A stretch of DNA of 62,857 bases from Candidatus Nanohalobium sp. (GCA_042217555.1 JBDGSL010000011.1:1-62857); one strand, 5' to 3'. Shown: positions 40,245 to 50,593, counted from the stretch's first letter. The notes: generated by a model not told the origin, from the sequence alone. A program made the numbers and translations.

Positions 40245-41797
40245 GTATTCTTCACTCCTTCTTTATCTCCTCCATTGACGGCTTCAAGGCTTTCGACTAT
40301 CGAACCCATCTTCTTCTCGGTCTCTTCAAACTCTTTACCTGGTTCGCTGTCGGCCACTATTCCTGCCCCTGCCTGTACTGTGGCGTTGAAACCTTTTTCT
40401 GTGTCTTCTGCTGTCATTGTTCTTATCGTGATAGCTGAATCCATGGCTCCTGTCTGTGAATAGTATCCGACTGCTCCTCCGTACAGGTTTCTTGGTTCAT
40501 CCTCCTGTTCATCAATAATCTCCATTGCCCGGACTTTAGGCGCTCCTGAAAGAGTTCCAGCAGGGAAAACAGATCTCATAGCATCGAAACGGTCTTTACC
40601 CTCTTCAAGTTCCCCGGTAACTATAGACTCCAGGTGCTGTACAGTAGAGTAAGGAACTACCTGCATAAGCTCATCTACTTCGGTTGTACCTGGCTCTGAA
40701 ACCCTTTTTATGTCGTTTCTTCCCAGGTCCACGAGCATGGCGTGTTCTGCGACTTCTTTATCATTGGCAAGCATCTCACCTGCCTTTCTCCTATCGTCTA
40801 TCGGTGACTGGCCTCTGCCCACTGTGCCTGCGATAGGGTTGGTTTCGACTTTTCCATCTCTAGTCTTTACAAGTGTTTCTGGACTGGCACCCAGTACAGT
40901 TCTATCAGCGAAATCCAGGAAGTACATGTAGGGTGACGGATTTCTCTCCCTGAGATCTTCGTAGACAGTAAGCGGGTCTCCTGTAGCTTCAAACTCTTTG
41001 CTTCGTGAAACCACTCCCTGGTATATGTCTCCTTTCTCCACATGTTCTCCGACTTCTTCGACCATGCCTTCATACTCTTCTCTGTCTCCGCTTCGCCGAT
41101 CTAGGATACTGATCTCGGCCGGTATATCAGCTTCTTCTGTAAGCAGTGCATCGATTACTTCTCCAGCATCTTCTTCTATTCTATCGTACTCCTCAGCTGA
41201 TGATTCTGAAGCTGAGGAAGTAAATACTAACTCCATCTCATCTTCCACATGGTCGTAGGCCAGAAACCTGTCAGCAAAGACAAATACTGACTGTGGCACG
41301 TCTTCCCTATCTACATCCACAGGCTTAGTATCATAAACCATGTCGTACGGATGAAAACCTACCAGTCCTCCCTCAAAAGGCCTGGACTCATCGCAGGAAT
41401 CCTCTATGCTGGCTTGAGGAGACACATCTCTTAACACATCCAGAGGATCATATTCGGAGACTATACTACTGCCTTCAACTGTTTGATCGAAACTCAGGTC
41501 ATGTTTCTCCTGTCTCAGCGATTCTATACTTGCTTCTCCCTCTCCTGTCCTGACAACTGCTGAAGGGTTAAACCCGATAAACGAGTATCTTCCGTGATCC
41601 TGCATCTCGCTGGAGGCATCTATGTCGGCCGTCTCAGCGCTCTCTAACAGAAAGCTGTAACCTGTGTCATCGAACCTGCGCAGAATGTCATAGGCCTCCG
41701 GCGGCGAAATATCCTGATCAAGACTATACCTTACAGGGACTGTTACCCCTTCTTCATTTAGTTGTGCAAACTCCTCTCTATCTATACTAGTATCCAC
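40229..41797 (-). CDS. trpE: Anthranilate synthase component I
   Basis: FLLESA, NPSPYMY, SPETL, PIAGT, EHAMLVDLGRND, GAPKVRAM; GTG start preceded by GGGTG. Confidence 0.92.
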   Translation of the reverse strand: MDTSIDREEFAQLNEEGVTVPVRYSLDQDISPPEAYDILRRFDDTGYSFLLESAETADIDASSEMQDHGRYSFIGFNPSAVVRTGEGEASIESLRQEKHDLSFDQTVEGSSIVSEYDPLDVLRDVSPQASIEDSCDESRPFEGGLVGFHPYDMVYDTKPVDVDREDVPQSVFVFADRFLAYDHVEDEMELVFTSSASESSAEEYDRIEEDAGEVIDALLTEEADIPAEISILDRRSGDREEYEGMVEEVGEHVEKGDIYQGVVSRSKEFEATGDPLTVYEDLRERNPSPYMYFLDFADRTVLGASPETLVKTRDGKVETNPIAGTVGRGQSPIDDRRKAGEMLANDKEVAEHAMLVDLGRNDIKRVSEPGTTEVDELMQVVPYSTVQHLESIVTGELEEGKDRFDAMRSVFPAGTLSGAPKVRAMEIIDEQEDEPRNLYGGAVGYYSQTGAMDSAITIRTMTAEDTEKGFNATVQAGAGIVADSEPGKEFEETEKKMGSIVESLEAVNGGDKEGVKNTWTCL

Positions 41798-41955
41798 TGG
41801 AGACACCCGATACTAACTCAAAACCGGTTTCTATTCTTTTACAGCCAGGGAAAACTGAAGGCGCAGTCGAGAACAAACTTTCTACTCCCTGCACCTCAAC
41901 AACTTCAGAACTATAACTGTATTTCAGCGATTTTCTGCCCTTTTCCCGGACAGTT

Positions 41956-42075
41956 CTAGTGTTTCCAAAAACGTCCACCCTGTCGAAAACTCTGCAAGTT
42001 TTCTCGGCTCGCAGAAAATCTTTCGATTCCCAAGCCCCGAGCTTCCGCCGTAAACTGTTTTACATCCTTTTCCAT
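41956..42075 (-). promoter_or_regulatory. Putative trp leader ORF (39 aa, ending GGRFWKH)
   Basis: ATG ~35 nt after a TTATTTAAA box; shares GGTGGACGYTTT with two other leaders. Confidence 0.6.
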
Positions 42076-42261
42076 GGCAATCACGTAACTAAGTAATAGT
42101 AGAAAAACTTTAAATAACTTTACTAAAGTGATGTTGGGATTAAAGCTATAGCTGTCGCTAGATATCTGTAGAAAGCTCTTTAACATATTAATTCTTGTTT
42201 TACATGAAGTTAAATCTCATGTCGACTATAAGGTAGCTTTATTCTGGAGAAGGGAGGCGCC

Positions 42262-42312
42262 ATGAAAGGTTCTTTACGGAAGAGATTTTTCTGTAAGGTA
42301 CCGGAGAACTAG
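42262..42312 (+). promoter_or_regulatory. Putative orphan leader ORF MKGSLRKRFFCKVPEN
   Basis: RFF motif; no gene directly downstream. Confidence 0.35.
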
Positions 42313-42362
42313 CCCTGGCAGGATGCAGAAAGTTTCCAAAAGCGTCCACCAGCGGTTGACAT
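42309..42362 (-). promoter_or_regulatory. Second putative trp leader ORF MSTAGGRFWKLSASCQG
   Basis: GGTGGACGCTTTTGGAAAC is 18/19 identical to the copy at 41961-41979; CTTAAAG box ~25 nt upstream. Confidence 0.55.
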
Positions 42363-42467
42363 AGGTAATTCTCTGGAGACTGACCTTTAAGTAGTTTTCC
42401 CTCCGTAATGCTTCTTCCTCAGGTCGAGAAGAAAACTTATTTAAGTCTGGACAGTTTTTGCTGGTTT

Positions 42468-42545
42468 ATGGGTGCGGGAATTGAGTCAGTAAAAGGAAGA
42501 AGGTTTTTTTCTGACAGGTTTAGAGGCGGTTTTTTCTATCAGTAG
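42468..42545 (+). promoter_or_regulatory. Putative Phe/Tyr-rich leader ORF MGAGIESVKGRRFFSDRFRGGFFYQ
   Basis: 5 Phe + 1 Tyr in 25 aa; follows a GAAAAC-TTATTTAA BRE/TATA-like site; ~110 nt upstream of the aro operon. Confidence 0.65.
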
Positions 42546-42654
42546 TTTTATTCCCGATGTTTTCTTCAGTCAGAGGTTTGATCTACATGATTCTGAACGA
42601 GAATAGGACGGTGCGTGGAAAAAATGCGGAAAATCTTGAAAGCGGTGTTGCTCT

Positions 42655-43440
42655 GTGACAGGCAAGGAGTTGCGTCTGAACCGGATTAGGGACCCTGAGT
42701 CCGGTAACTTTGTCATCGTTCCGATGGATCACGGGGTTTCTGTAGGCCCTGTGGACGGGCTGAGAGATATCGGGTCTACAGTGTCTGAAGTAGCTGCTGG
42801 TGGCGGTGACGCAGTGCTTATGCAGAAGGGCAACTTCAGAGAGCTGCCGAAGGATAGGGCTGACGAACTGGGTTTTATAGCTCATCTGAATGCGTCTACA
42901 GACCTGGGAGAGCCTAACAACAAGGTAGTAGTTGGGAAAGCCAGGGAGGCTTTGAAGAGAGGTGCTGACGCAGTATCTCTCCACGTGAACATAGGTAGCA
43001 GGACGGAGCCACGTCAGTTAGAGGAACTGGGAGAAATATCCAGAGAATGCGACAGGTTCGGAGTGCCTCTGGCAGTGATGACGTACGTGAGAGGCCCTGA
43101 AGTCGAAAACAGTGTGGACAACATAGCTCATGCCACGCGTGTAGGTGCGGAGCTGGGAGCAGACCTGGTCAAGACATCCTACACCGGAAACCCGGAAGAA
43201 TACCGGAAAGTAGTGGAGGGATGTCCCGTTCCTATCGTTATAGCAGGAGGTTCTAAAGCCGATACGAAGAAAGAGGTTCTGCAGGACATCAGAGACGCAA
43301 TGGACATCGGTGTCAGCGGTACAATGATAGGAAGAAACATTTTCCAGCAGGATGACATTTCAGGCATGGTAGAAGCTGTTTCAGGTATCGTACACGATGA
43401 TAAAACCGTTGAAGAAGCAGTAAATAATGCAGATCTATGA
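42655..43440 (+). CDS. 2-amino-3,7-dideoxy-D-threo-hept-6-ulosonate synthase (class I aldolase, AroA'-type)
   Basis: PMDHGVS.GP, HLNAST, ELGADLVKTSYTG, AGG, GRNIFQ; operon context. Confidence 0.85.
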   Translation: MTGKELRLNRIRDPESGNFVIVPMDHGVSVGPVDGLRDIGSTVSEVAAGGGDAVLMQKGNFRELPKDRADELGFIAHLNASTDLGEPNNKVVVGKAREALKRGADAVSLHVNIGSRTEPRQLEELGEISRECDRFGVPLAVMTYVRGPEVENSVDNIAHATRVGAELGADLVKTSYTGNPEEYRKVVEGCPVPIVIAGGSKADTKKEVLQDIRDAMDIGVSGTMIGRNIFQQDDISGMVEAVSGIVHDDKTVEEAVNNADL

Positions 43441-44528
43441 ACAGGATCTGGCTGAAAGCCGACAAGGGAGACTGGGAAGACAGGAAACCGCTGATAACAG
43501 CAGGCCTGGAAAGCGGAGTAGACGCAGTACTGGTCAAAGAAGACGAAGTGGAGAAACTGAAAGAGCTTGGAGACGTCAAAGCCGCAGCATTAACCAGCAA
43601 ACCCGGAGAATCCAGCGCAGACATACCACTCGTGAAAAAAGAGAGAACTGAAGAATCAGAAACTCTGGAAGAACTTAGACAGGTCGAAGAAGGAGGCCTG
43701 TACGTCGAGATAGACGACAAAGAGAAGGAACGGTTTGCAGCCAGTTCAGCAAGCGAAGTAGATAAACTGATTGCAATAGGAGAGGACTGGAAGATAATAC
43801 CGCTGGAAAATCTTATAGCAGATATAGGAGAAGACACAGAACTTGTGGCCGGAGCTAATTCACCTGAAGAAGTAGTTACAGCCTTTGAGACGCTGGAGAA
43901 AGGTTCTGACGCCGTACTTCTTGACGCAGACGCACCCGGAGAAATCAAAGAAGCAGTTAAAAAACGGGATGAAGCTGCTTCAGAAGAGCTTGAACTGGTG
44001 GAGGCCGAGGTAACGAATGTTGAGCAGACTGAAATGGGTGATAGAGTGTGCGTTGACACGTCTTCCATCATGGAGCAAGGTGAAGGTATGCTTGTCGGCT
44101 CCACATCCAGGGCTCTGTTCTTCGTCCAGGCAGAAACCGCAGAATCACCTTACGTGGCTTCAAGACCCTTCAGAGTTAACGCAGGAGGAGTACACCAGTA
44201 CATCCGTGTTCCAGACGGAGAGACCAAATACCTCAGCGAGATAGAGTCTGGAGACAGAGTCCAGATCATCGATGAAGATGGAGAAGCAAGGAAGGCAGTT
44301 GTAGGAAGAGCCAAAATCGAGAAAAGGCCGATGATGCTGATCGAAGCAGAGTACGAAGGAGAAAAAGCCAAGGCACTGGTGCAGAACGCCGAAACCATCA
44401 AACTCGGAACGCCGGAAGGCCCGAAAGCCGTGACAGAACTAGAAGAGAACGATGAAGTCAAGATCTTTTTTGAGGACGTCGGAAGACACTTCGGGAAAAA
44501 GGTAGAGGAATCACTGGTGGAGAAATAA
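43437..44528 (+). CDS. 3-dehydroquinate synthase II (AroB'-type)
   Basis: WKIIPLENLIA, GDRVCVDT, RPFRVNAG, GRAKIEKRP, QNAETI. Confidence 0.95.
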   Translation: MNRIWLKADKGDWEDRKPLITAGLESGVDAVLVKEDEVEKLKELGDVKAAALTSKPGESSADIPLVKKERTEESETLEELRQVEEGGLYVEIDDKEKERFAASSASEVDKLIAIGEDWKIIPLENLIADIGEDTELVAGANSPEEVVTAFETLEKGSDAVLLDADAPGEIKEAVKKRDEAASEELELVEAEVTNVEQTEMGDRVCVDTSSIMEQGEGMLVGSTSRALFFVQAETAESPYVASRPFRVNAGGVHQYIRVPDGETKYLSEIESGDRVQIIDEDGEARKAVVGRAKIEKRPMMLIEAEYEGEKAKALVQNAETIKLGTPEGPKAVTELEENDEVKIFFEDVGRHFGKKVEESLVEK

Positions 44529-45196
44529 TGGACTTCTCAAAGCCAAAGATAGTCGCAAGCTTGACCTCCGAACTTGAAGAAAAAGCAGAGGAAGCCAGAA
44601 AGAAAGGTGCAGACGCCGTCGAAGTAAGGATAGACCTCTACAACGGAGATATAGAGGACATAAGAGATATTTCACTCCCTGTCATCGTGACAAACAGGCC
44701 TGAATGGGAGGGCGGCGAATTTACCGGAGAGGAAAAAGACAGGATACATGAACTGGAAAAAGCAATGCAGTATGCCGACGCCGTCGACATAGAACTGGAA
44801 GCAGAAGAGTTCCACGAAGAAATACTCAGGAAAGCAGAAAAAGAGAAAGTTAAAGTTATAGTCTCCAGCCACGACTTTGAAAAGACTCCAGAAAAACGGA
44901 AGATGGTAGAGACACTGGAATATGCTGGAAGCATTGGAGACGTCGCCAAGATTGCTGTAAAAGCTGAAAAACCAGATGATTCTCTGAAGCTTCTGGAAGC
45001 AGCCGAAGAAGCGGATGTAAAGATTGCAGCTATGGCGATGGGAGAGCCAGGTTCCTACACGCGGATAGTCTCACCGGTGCACGGTTCGAAGATAACATAC
45101 GCCAGCCTCGGAGAGAAGACAGCTCCAGGACAGCTCAGCGTTGAAGAAGTGGCGGAAGCATGGAGAATGTTGAACATCAGGGAGGAGAAAGAATGA
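44528..45196 (+). CDS. aroD: Type I 3-dehydroquinate dehydratase
   Basis: EVRID, R..EGG, SSHDF..TP, AKIA, APGQ. Confidence 0.93.
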   Translation: MDFSKPKIVASLTSELEEKAEEARKKGADAVEVRIDLYNGDIEDIRDISLPVIVTNRPEWEGGEFTGEEKDRIHELEKAMQYADAVDIELEAEEFHEEILRKAEKEKVKVIVSSHDFEKTPEKRKMVETLEYAGSIGDVAKIAVKAEKPDDSLKLLEAAEEADVKIAAMAMGEPGSYTRIVSPVHGSKITYASLGEKTAPGQLSVEEVAEAWRMLNIREEKE

Positions 45197-46479
45197 AAGC
45201 GAAGATAGGGAACTCGGAAGTTTCCGGAACTGTTTCAGCTCCGCCAAGCAAAAGCTATACTCATAGAGCAGTGCTTGCAGGTCTTTACGCGGACGAGCTA
45301 GAAGTTAAAGACCCGTTAATGAGTGCAGATCCGCGGGCCAGTATCAGATGTGCCGAGAGCCTGGGAGCGGAAGTAGAGGAACTGGAGAACAGTCTGAAGA
45401 TTGAGGGTGTCGATGGAGAACCGGAGACACCGGAAAACATACTTGACTGCGGGAACTCAGGGACAACGCTGAGACTTTTCACAGGTGCCGCTGCACTGGC
45501 AGAGAAAGCAGCAGTTCTGACAGGAGATAAAAGCCTGGTGGAGAGGCCTAACAACCCTCTGATCGAGACGCTCAACGATTTAGGTGCTGAGACGTTCTCA
45601 ACGAAATATGATGGTGCTGCGCCGCTTGTCGTCAACGGAAAGATAAGTTCGGGCGACACCTGCATCGACGGCACAGTTTCATCCCAGTTCATATCTTCCT
45701 TGCTGTTCTGCATGCCTTTGACGGATGAAGGCGGACGGCTGGAGATTGAAGGTGAGCTTAAGAGCCGGCCGTACGTCGATATCACGATAGAGGTGCTGGA
45801 GGACATGGGAGTTGAGATCAACGATTACATGGAAGGTTTCGAGATTCCTGGAGGACAGAGCTATTCCTCAGAGGAGTTCCAGGTTCCTGGAGACTTCTCC
45901 AGTGCCTCTTACCCGCTGGCTGCAGGAGCGCTTGCCGGAAAAGTAAGGGTTGAGAACCTGTATCCCAGTGCACAGGGAGACGAAAGGATACTTGATGTGC
46001 TTGAACGTATGGGTGCTGAGGTCGACTGGAATACCAGGGCAGGAGTTGCAGAGGTTTCTGAAGGAGTACTGGAAGGGATCAAGTTTGATGCGTCCGATAA
46101 CCCGGATCTTGTTCCGACTGTAGCCGTTCTTGCGTCCCAGGCCTCCGGTAGAACTGAGATTGTTAACGCTGAGCATCTGCGTTTCAAGGAGACTGACAGG
46201 CTGGAGGCAATGGCTACTGAGCTGTCGATAATGGGTGCTGAAGTGGAGGAAGGTGAGGATTACCTGGTTATCGACGGGGACAGGTCGGAGCTTGAAGGCG
46301 GTGAAGTTGACGGCAGGGATGATCACAGGGTAGTCATGGCACTGGCCCTGGCAGGACTTGCTGCGGAGGGAGAAACAGTTGTTGATACTGCGGAATGTGT
46401 GGAGATCTCCTATCCTGGTTTCTTCAGCGATCTTGAAGACCTGGGTGTTCAGATTGAGGAGGCTGGAAAAATCACTTAA
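45193..46479 (+). CDS. aroA: EPSP synthase
   Basis: PPSKSYTHR, GNSGTTLR, SSQFISS, R.KETDR, DHRVVMA. Confidence 0.95.
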   Translation: MKAKIGNSEVSGTVSAPPSKSYTHRAVLAGLYADELEVKDPLMSADPRASIRCAESLGAEVEELENSLKIEGVDGEPETPENILDCGNSGTTLRLFTGAAALAEKAAVLTGDKSLVERPNNPLIETLNDLGAETFSTKYDGAAPLVVNGKISSGDTCIDGTVSSQFISSLLFCMPLTDEGGRLEIEGELKSRPYVDITIEVLEDMGVEINDYMEGFEIPGGQSYSSEEFQVPGDFSSASYPLAAGALAGKVRVENLYPSAQGDERILDVLERMGAEVDWNTRAGVAEVSEGVLEGIKFDASDNPDLVPTVAVLASQASGRTEIVNAEHLRFKETDRLEAMATELSIMGAEVEEGEDYLVIDGDRSELEGGEVDGRDDHRVVMALALAGLAAEGETVVDTAECVEISYPGFFSDLEDLGVQIEEAGKIT

Positions 46480-46503
46480 CCATGGTACGGACAGATTAAA
46501 ACA

Positions 46504-47664
46504 ATGAACGGAAACAGTTTCGGCAGGCTTTTTCAGGTAACTACGTACGGTGAAAGCCACGGAGAATCAATGGGATGTATCGTAAGCGGCTGTCCCGCAG
46601 GTTTAGAACTTTCAGAAGAGTATATACAGAGGGAGCTTGACAGGAGAAAACCTGGACAGAGCGATGTAACTACATCCCGGGATGAACCGGACGCAGTCAG
46701 GATAAAAAGCGGTTTACAGGACGGATACACCACGGGCACACCTATCGGAATGGAAATACAGAACCGGGACTCGGACTCCTCAAAGTACCACCAGTTCGTG
46801 ACCGCTCCAAGACCCTCCCACGGAGACTACACATACAGCGCGAAGTTCGGAACACGGAACTGGGGAGGTGGAGGCCGATCATCAGCACGTGAAACAGTTA
46901 ACTGGGTGGCAGCAGGAGCAATAGCCAAGAAAATACTTCAGAAACACGGAATCCATGTAAAGGCTCACACCAGCCAGTTAGGAGAGATCAAAGCCGGAGA
47001 AGTCAGATTTGACAACATGACAGAAGAAGCAGAGAAAAACACGGTGCGATGTGCCGACCAGGAAGCCGCAGAGAAAATGGAGGAAAAACTCAGAGAATAC
47101 AAGAAGGATGGAGACTCCATCGGTGGCGCAGTATACTTCGAAGCACAGGGCCTGCCCACAGGACTGGGTGCACCACGTTTCGACGGCTTCACAGCCAGGC
47201 TCAGCCAGGCACTCGGCTCCATCCCTGCAGTCACATCAATAGAGTACGGCCTCGGAAAAGACGCAAGAACAACCACAGGCAAAGAAAGAAACGATGAATG
47301 GAACTTCAACGAAGAAGGAGATCCAGAACCGGTGGAAAACAGTCATGGAGGGATCCAGGGAGATATAACCTCTGGAAAACCGGTTTACGGAGAACTGACT
47401 TTCCATGCACCGACTTCAATACCCAAGGATCAGAAGACCGTCGACTGGGAGACAGGAGAGGAAAAAGAAGTGCAGGTAACCGGCAGACACGACCCATCAC
47501 TCCCGCCAAGAGCAGTACCGGTAGTTGAATCAGTTCTAAGGCTCGTTATACTGGACTTCATGCTTCTGGCAGGAAGGATAAACCCGGACAGGCTCGACAA
47601 CCAGCCAGGAGAATACGATACAGACTACCATCCTTCAAGCCCGCTCAACAACGAGGGAAACTAG
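46504..47664 (+). CDS. aroC: Chorismate synthase
   Basis: TYGESHG, RRKPGQ, PRPSHGD, GGGRSSARET, GRHDP. Confidence 0.96.
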   Translation: MNGNSFGRLFQVTTYGESHGESMGCIVSGCPAGLELSEEYIQRELDRRKPGQSDVTTSRDEPDAVRIKSGLQDGYTTGTPIGMEIQNRDSDSSKYHQFVTAPRPSHGDYTYSAKFGTRNWGGGGRSSARETVNWVAAGAIAKKILQKHGIHVKAHTSQLGEIKAGEVRFDNMTEEAEKNTVRCADQEAAEKMEEKLREYKKDGDSIGGAVYFEAQGLPTGLGAPRFDGFTARLSQALGSIPAVTSIEYGLGKDARTTTGKERNDEWNFNEEGDPEPVENSHGGIQGDITSGKPVYGELTFHAPTSIPKDQKTVDWETGEEKEVQVTGRHDPSLPPRAVPVVESVLRLVILDFMLLAGRINPDRLDNQPGEYDTDYHPSSPLNNEGN

Positions 47665-47701
47665 ATGAAAACTCAATCTTCAACCACAGGTGTACCACAC
47701 A

Positions 47702-48556
47702 ATGGTTAAAACCGGAAAAGCAAAGGCGCCAGGAGCACTCACAATCATAAACGCCATAGCAGCCCTCAGAGGCTCAGCCTTCGCCATCGACCTCTACACA
47801 GAGGCAAAAGTCGAGATAGACAAGGAAAAAGACGGCATAACCGGCGACATAGAAGGTGACAGCCAGGAAGATACCGAAATGATCGAGAGATGCGTACAAC
47901 TCGTACTTGAAGAGTTTGACATCGACGCAGGAGCACACGTAAGTACGTCAAGCGAGATACCTATGGCCTCAGGACTGAAATCCAGCAGTGCAGCAGCAAA
48001 TGCAGCAACACTCGCCACGCTAGACGCAATTGACGAGGAGAAGGATGAGGTAGAAGCCACCAGGATAGGAGTTCAGGCCTCAGTTGATGCAGGAGTAACC
48101 GTGACAGGCGCCATGGACGATGCCGCAGCATCAATGCTTGGAGGCGTAGTCATGACCGACAACTCAGAGAACAAGCTGGTAAAACACGAGGACTTCGACT
48201 ATCACTGCGCCGTATACATACCGGATGAGAAAGCACGGAGCGTCGACACCGATATCGACAGATCCAAGCTTGTGGACACTGTAGTTGACCAGGCGTTCGA
48301 GAACGCAGTTGAAGGAAACTACGAGGCGGCAATGACTACTAACGGGTTCGCGTACTGCGCAGCACTGGACTTTGAGGAAGAAATAATCATGGAGGCGCTT
48401 GAGCACGCCCCAGCAGCCAGTCTGAGCGGTACAGGACCTTCATTCGGCGCGATAGGAACCAGGGAAGAAGTCGAGAAGGTCGCCGAGGAGTGGCGTGAAA
48501 GGCCTGGAGAAGTCCTTATACTTGAGACAGTTAATGAAGGAGGTGAGAAGCTGTGA
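47702..48556 (+). CDS. aroK: Archaeal (GHMP-family) shikimate kinase
   Basis: IINAIA, SEIPMASGLKSSSAA, TGA.DDA.AS, SGTGP. Confidence 0.93.
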   Translation: MVKTGKAKAPGALTIINAIAALRGSAFAIDLYTEAKVEIDKEKDGITGDIEGDSQEDTEMIERCVQLVLEEFDIDAGAHVSTSSEIPMASGLKSSSAAANAATLATLDAIDEEKDEVEATRIGVQASVDAGVTVTGAMDDAAASMLGGVVMTDNSENKLVKHEDFDYHCAVYIPDEKARSVDTDIDRSKLVDTVVDQAFENAVEGNYEAAMTTNGFAYCAALDFEEEIIMEALEHAPAASLSGTGPSFGAIGTREEVEKVAEEWRERPGEVLILETVNEGGEKL

Positions 48557-49368
48557 AAACGTTCGGACTGATCGGCTGGCCGGTAGAACACTCTTTCTCT
48601 CCGGAGATGCATCACGCAGCCTATGAAGACCTGGAAATGTACGCTAAGTACAGTCTCTACCCTGTGAAAGAGGAAGATCTCGCCGAAGCAATAAAGGGAG
48701 CTAGAGCGCTAGGCATAGAAGGCCTGAACGTGACAGTACCACACAAGGAAGCAGTCAAGGATCTGGAGTTTGTCAAGGTTGACCCGCTGGCCGAGAAGAT
48801 CGGAGCCGTCAACACACTGGACTTCACTGAAGACGGCATCAAAGCCTTTAACACGGATGCGGTCGGCGCCAGAAAAGCACTGGAAAGAGAAGGAGTGGAC
48901 ATAGAGGGAAAAAAGGTTACAGTAGTCGGTGCAGGAGGCGCATCCCGGGCCATCAGCTTTGAACTCGCCGATAAAGGAGCGGAAGTAAAGATAGCTAACA
49001 GGACGGAAGAAAAAGCCTATGAACTTGCGGAAAACGTCTCAAAAGTTGGGAAGGCCTCCGGACACGGGCTTGACGGACTTGAAGATCTGGTAGCCGACTC
49101 CGATATACTCGTTAATTCTACAAGCGTCGGCATGAAGGAGAATAAGACAGTAGTGCCGAAAGAGTATCTTCACCCGGATCTCGTGGTCTTTGATGCAGTC
49201 TACAACCCTCTTGAAACCCGGCTGCTGCGTGAGGCGAAAGAGGTCGGCGCCGAGACGGTTGATGGCGCGTGGATGCTCGTGTACCAGGGTGTGAAAGCTT
49301 TCGAGATATGGACAGGTAGGGAGCCGCCGGAGAACGAGATGAGAGAAGCACTGATGAGGGAGCTTTAA
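48553..49368 (+). CDS. aroE: Shikimate dehydrogenase
   Basis: HSFSPEMH, NVTVPHK, GAVNT, NTD, GAGGAS, MLVYQG. Confidence 0.95.
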   Translation: MKTFGLIGWPVEHSFSPEMHHAAYEDLEMYAKYSLYPVKEEDLAEAIKGARALGIEGLNVTVPHKEAVKDLEFVKVDPLAEKIGAVNTLDFTEDGIKAFNTDAVGARKALEREGVDIEGKKVTVVGAGGASRAISFELADKGAEVKIANRTEEKAYELAENVSKVGKASGHGLDGLEDLVADSDILVNSTSVGMKENKTVVPKEYLHPDLVVFDAVYNPLETRLLREAKEVGAETVDGAWMLVYQGVKAFEIWTGREPPENEMREALMREL

Positions 49369-50528
49369 TCCTTCAGTGCTTTGACCGCGGCAAGTTCCTC
49401 CCCGCTCATGTATCTAACGAACGCTCCTCCCGCTATGGAGACGTGTGAGAAATCATCTAGGTCGTGGCCAAACCTTTGGACCAGTGAAGAAGTGTGGCCT
49501 CCTCCAAGAACAGTGTAGGCATCTGAGCGTGCTATCTCTTCCACTACTTTCCTGGTTCCTTCCGGATAGTCCTCAAAAGCCCCCATTGGCCCTTTCATAA
49601 CCACTGAGTCAGCTTTCCTGATCTCTTCCCTGAACTTTTCCACAGTTTCCACACCTATGTCCCAGGTCATCCCATCCAGAGATTCCTCAACGCTGTGGTT
49701 GCCCGAGTCAGTTCTCAGGTCTTCCGGAAGAACTATTTTCTCTCCGTGTTTCTCCAGCAATCTCTCCAGTTCATGCCTCTTCGAGTCAAGCCCTTTCCTC
49801 TCTATCCACTCCTCTTTCTCTCCAAGACTGTAACCCTCTATTATCAATGCCAGTTCTCCGGGAACACCGCCCATCAATACTTTACCCACTTCTTCAATCA
49901 TTTCATCCATTATACCGATCAAATCCGATGGCTTTTCTCCACCAAGCACAAGCAAACCATCTTCAAAATTTTCCCGGACTTCTGAACAGCTTTCAAGTTC
50001 TTTCTGCATTATAGGCCCGGCATAAGAATCCAGAGTCTCAGTAAATCCTACCAGAGAGCCATGACTTCTATGAGCAGCGGAGAATGCGTCATCAACGTAC
50101 AGATCGAAGTACTGTGAGATCTTCTGAACGAAGAAGTCGTTTGAATGCTGTCGAGGAGAAGCGTTCTGAAGCTCCTCTGACAGGAAGCGGATGTTCTCCA
50201 GCATCGCGACATCGCCCTCCTGCATCTTTGCCACTTTCTCGCCGAGTTCAGGGCCGAAAAAGCTTGGAACGAACTCTACTTCACGCCCCATTGAATCTGA
50301 CAGTATTTCAGCATGTTTTTCCAGTGAAAGAAAGTCTTTCCTCGCAGGTCTGCCCTGATGAGCAACGATAACCACCTTAGCACCTTTGTCACTGAGTTCT
50401 TCAACTGTGTCAAGATATCTTTCAAATCTTACAGTTTTACGTGGCTCTCCATCTTCAACAGGAAGGTTCAAGTCTGTTCTAAGCAGTACACGTTTCCCTT
50501 CCACGTCAACTTCATCCAGCGTTTCCAT
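49365..50528 (-). CDS. pgk: Phosphoglycerate kinase
   Basis: RTDLNLP, HQGRP, LENIRF, DAFSAAHRSH, GGGHT, SIAGGA. Confidence 0.93.
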   Translation of the reverse strand: METLDEVDVEGKRVLLRTDLNLPVEDGEPRKTVRFERYLDTVEELSDKGAKVVIVAHQGRPARKDFLSLEKHAEILSDSMGREVEFVPSFFGPELGEKVAKMQEGDVAMLENIRFLSEELQNASPRQHSNDFFVQKISQYFDLYVDDAFSAAHRSHGSLVGFTETLDSYAGPIMQKELESCSEVRENFEDGLLVLGGEKPSDLIGIMDEMIEEVGKVLMGGVPGELALIIEGYSLGEKEEWIERKGLDSKRHELERLLEKHGEKIVLPEDLRTDSGNHSVEESLDGMTWDIGVETVEKFREEIRKADSVVMKGPMGAFEDYPEGTRKVVEEIARSDAYTVLGGGHTSSLVQRFGHDLDDFSHVSIAGGAFVRYMSGEELAAVKALKD

Positions 50529-50593
50529 GTGTATCAGTATTACGAAGTAATACTTCGCTGGTATTTAATTCTTCCAGCCGGAAAATCTCTTTC

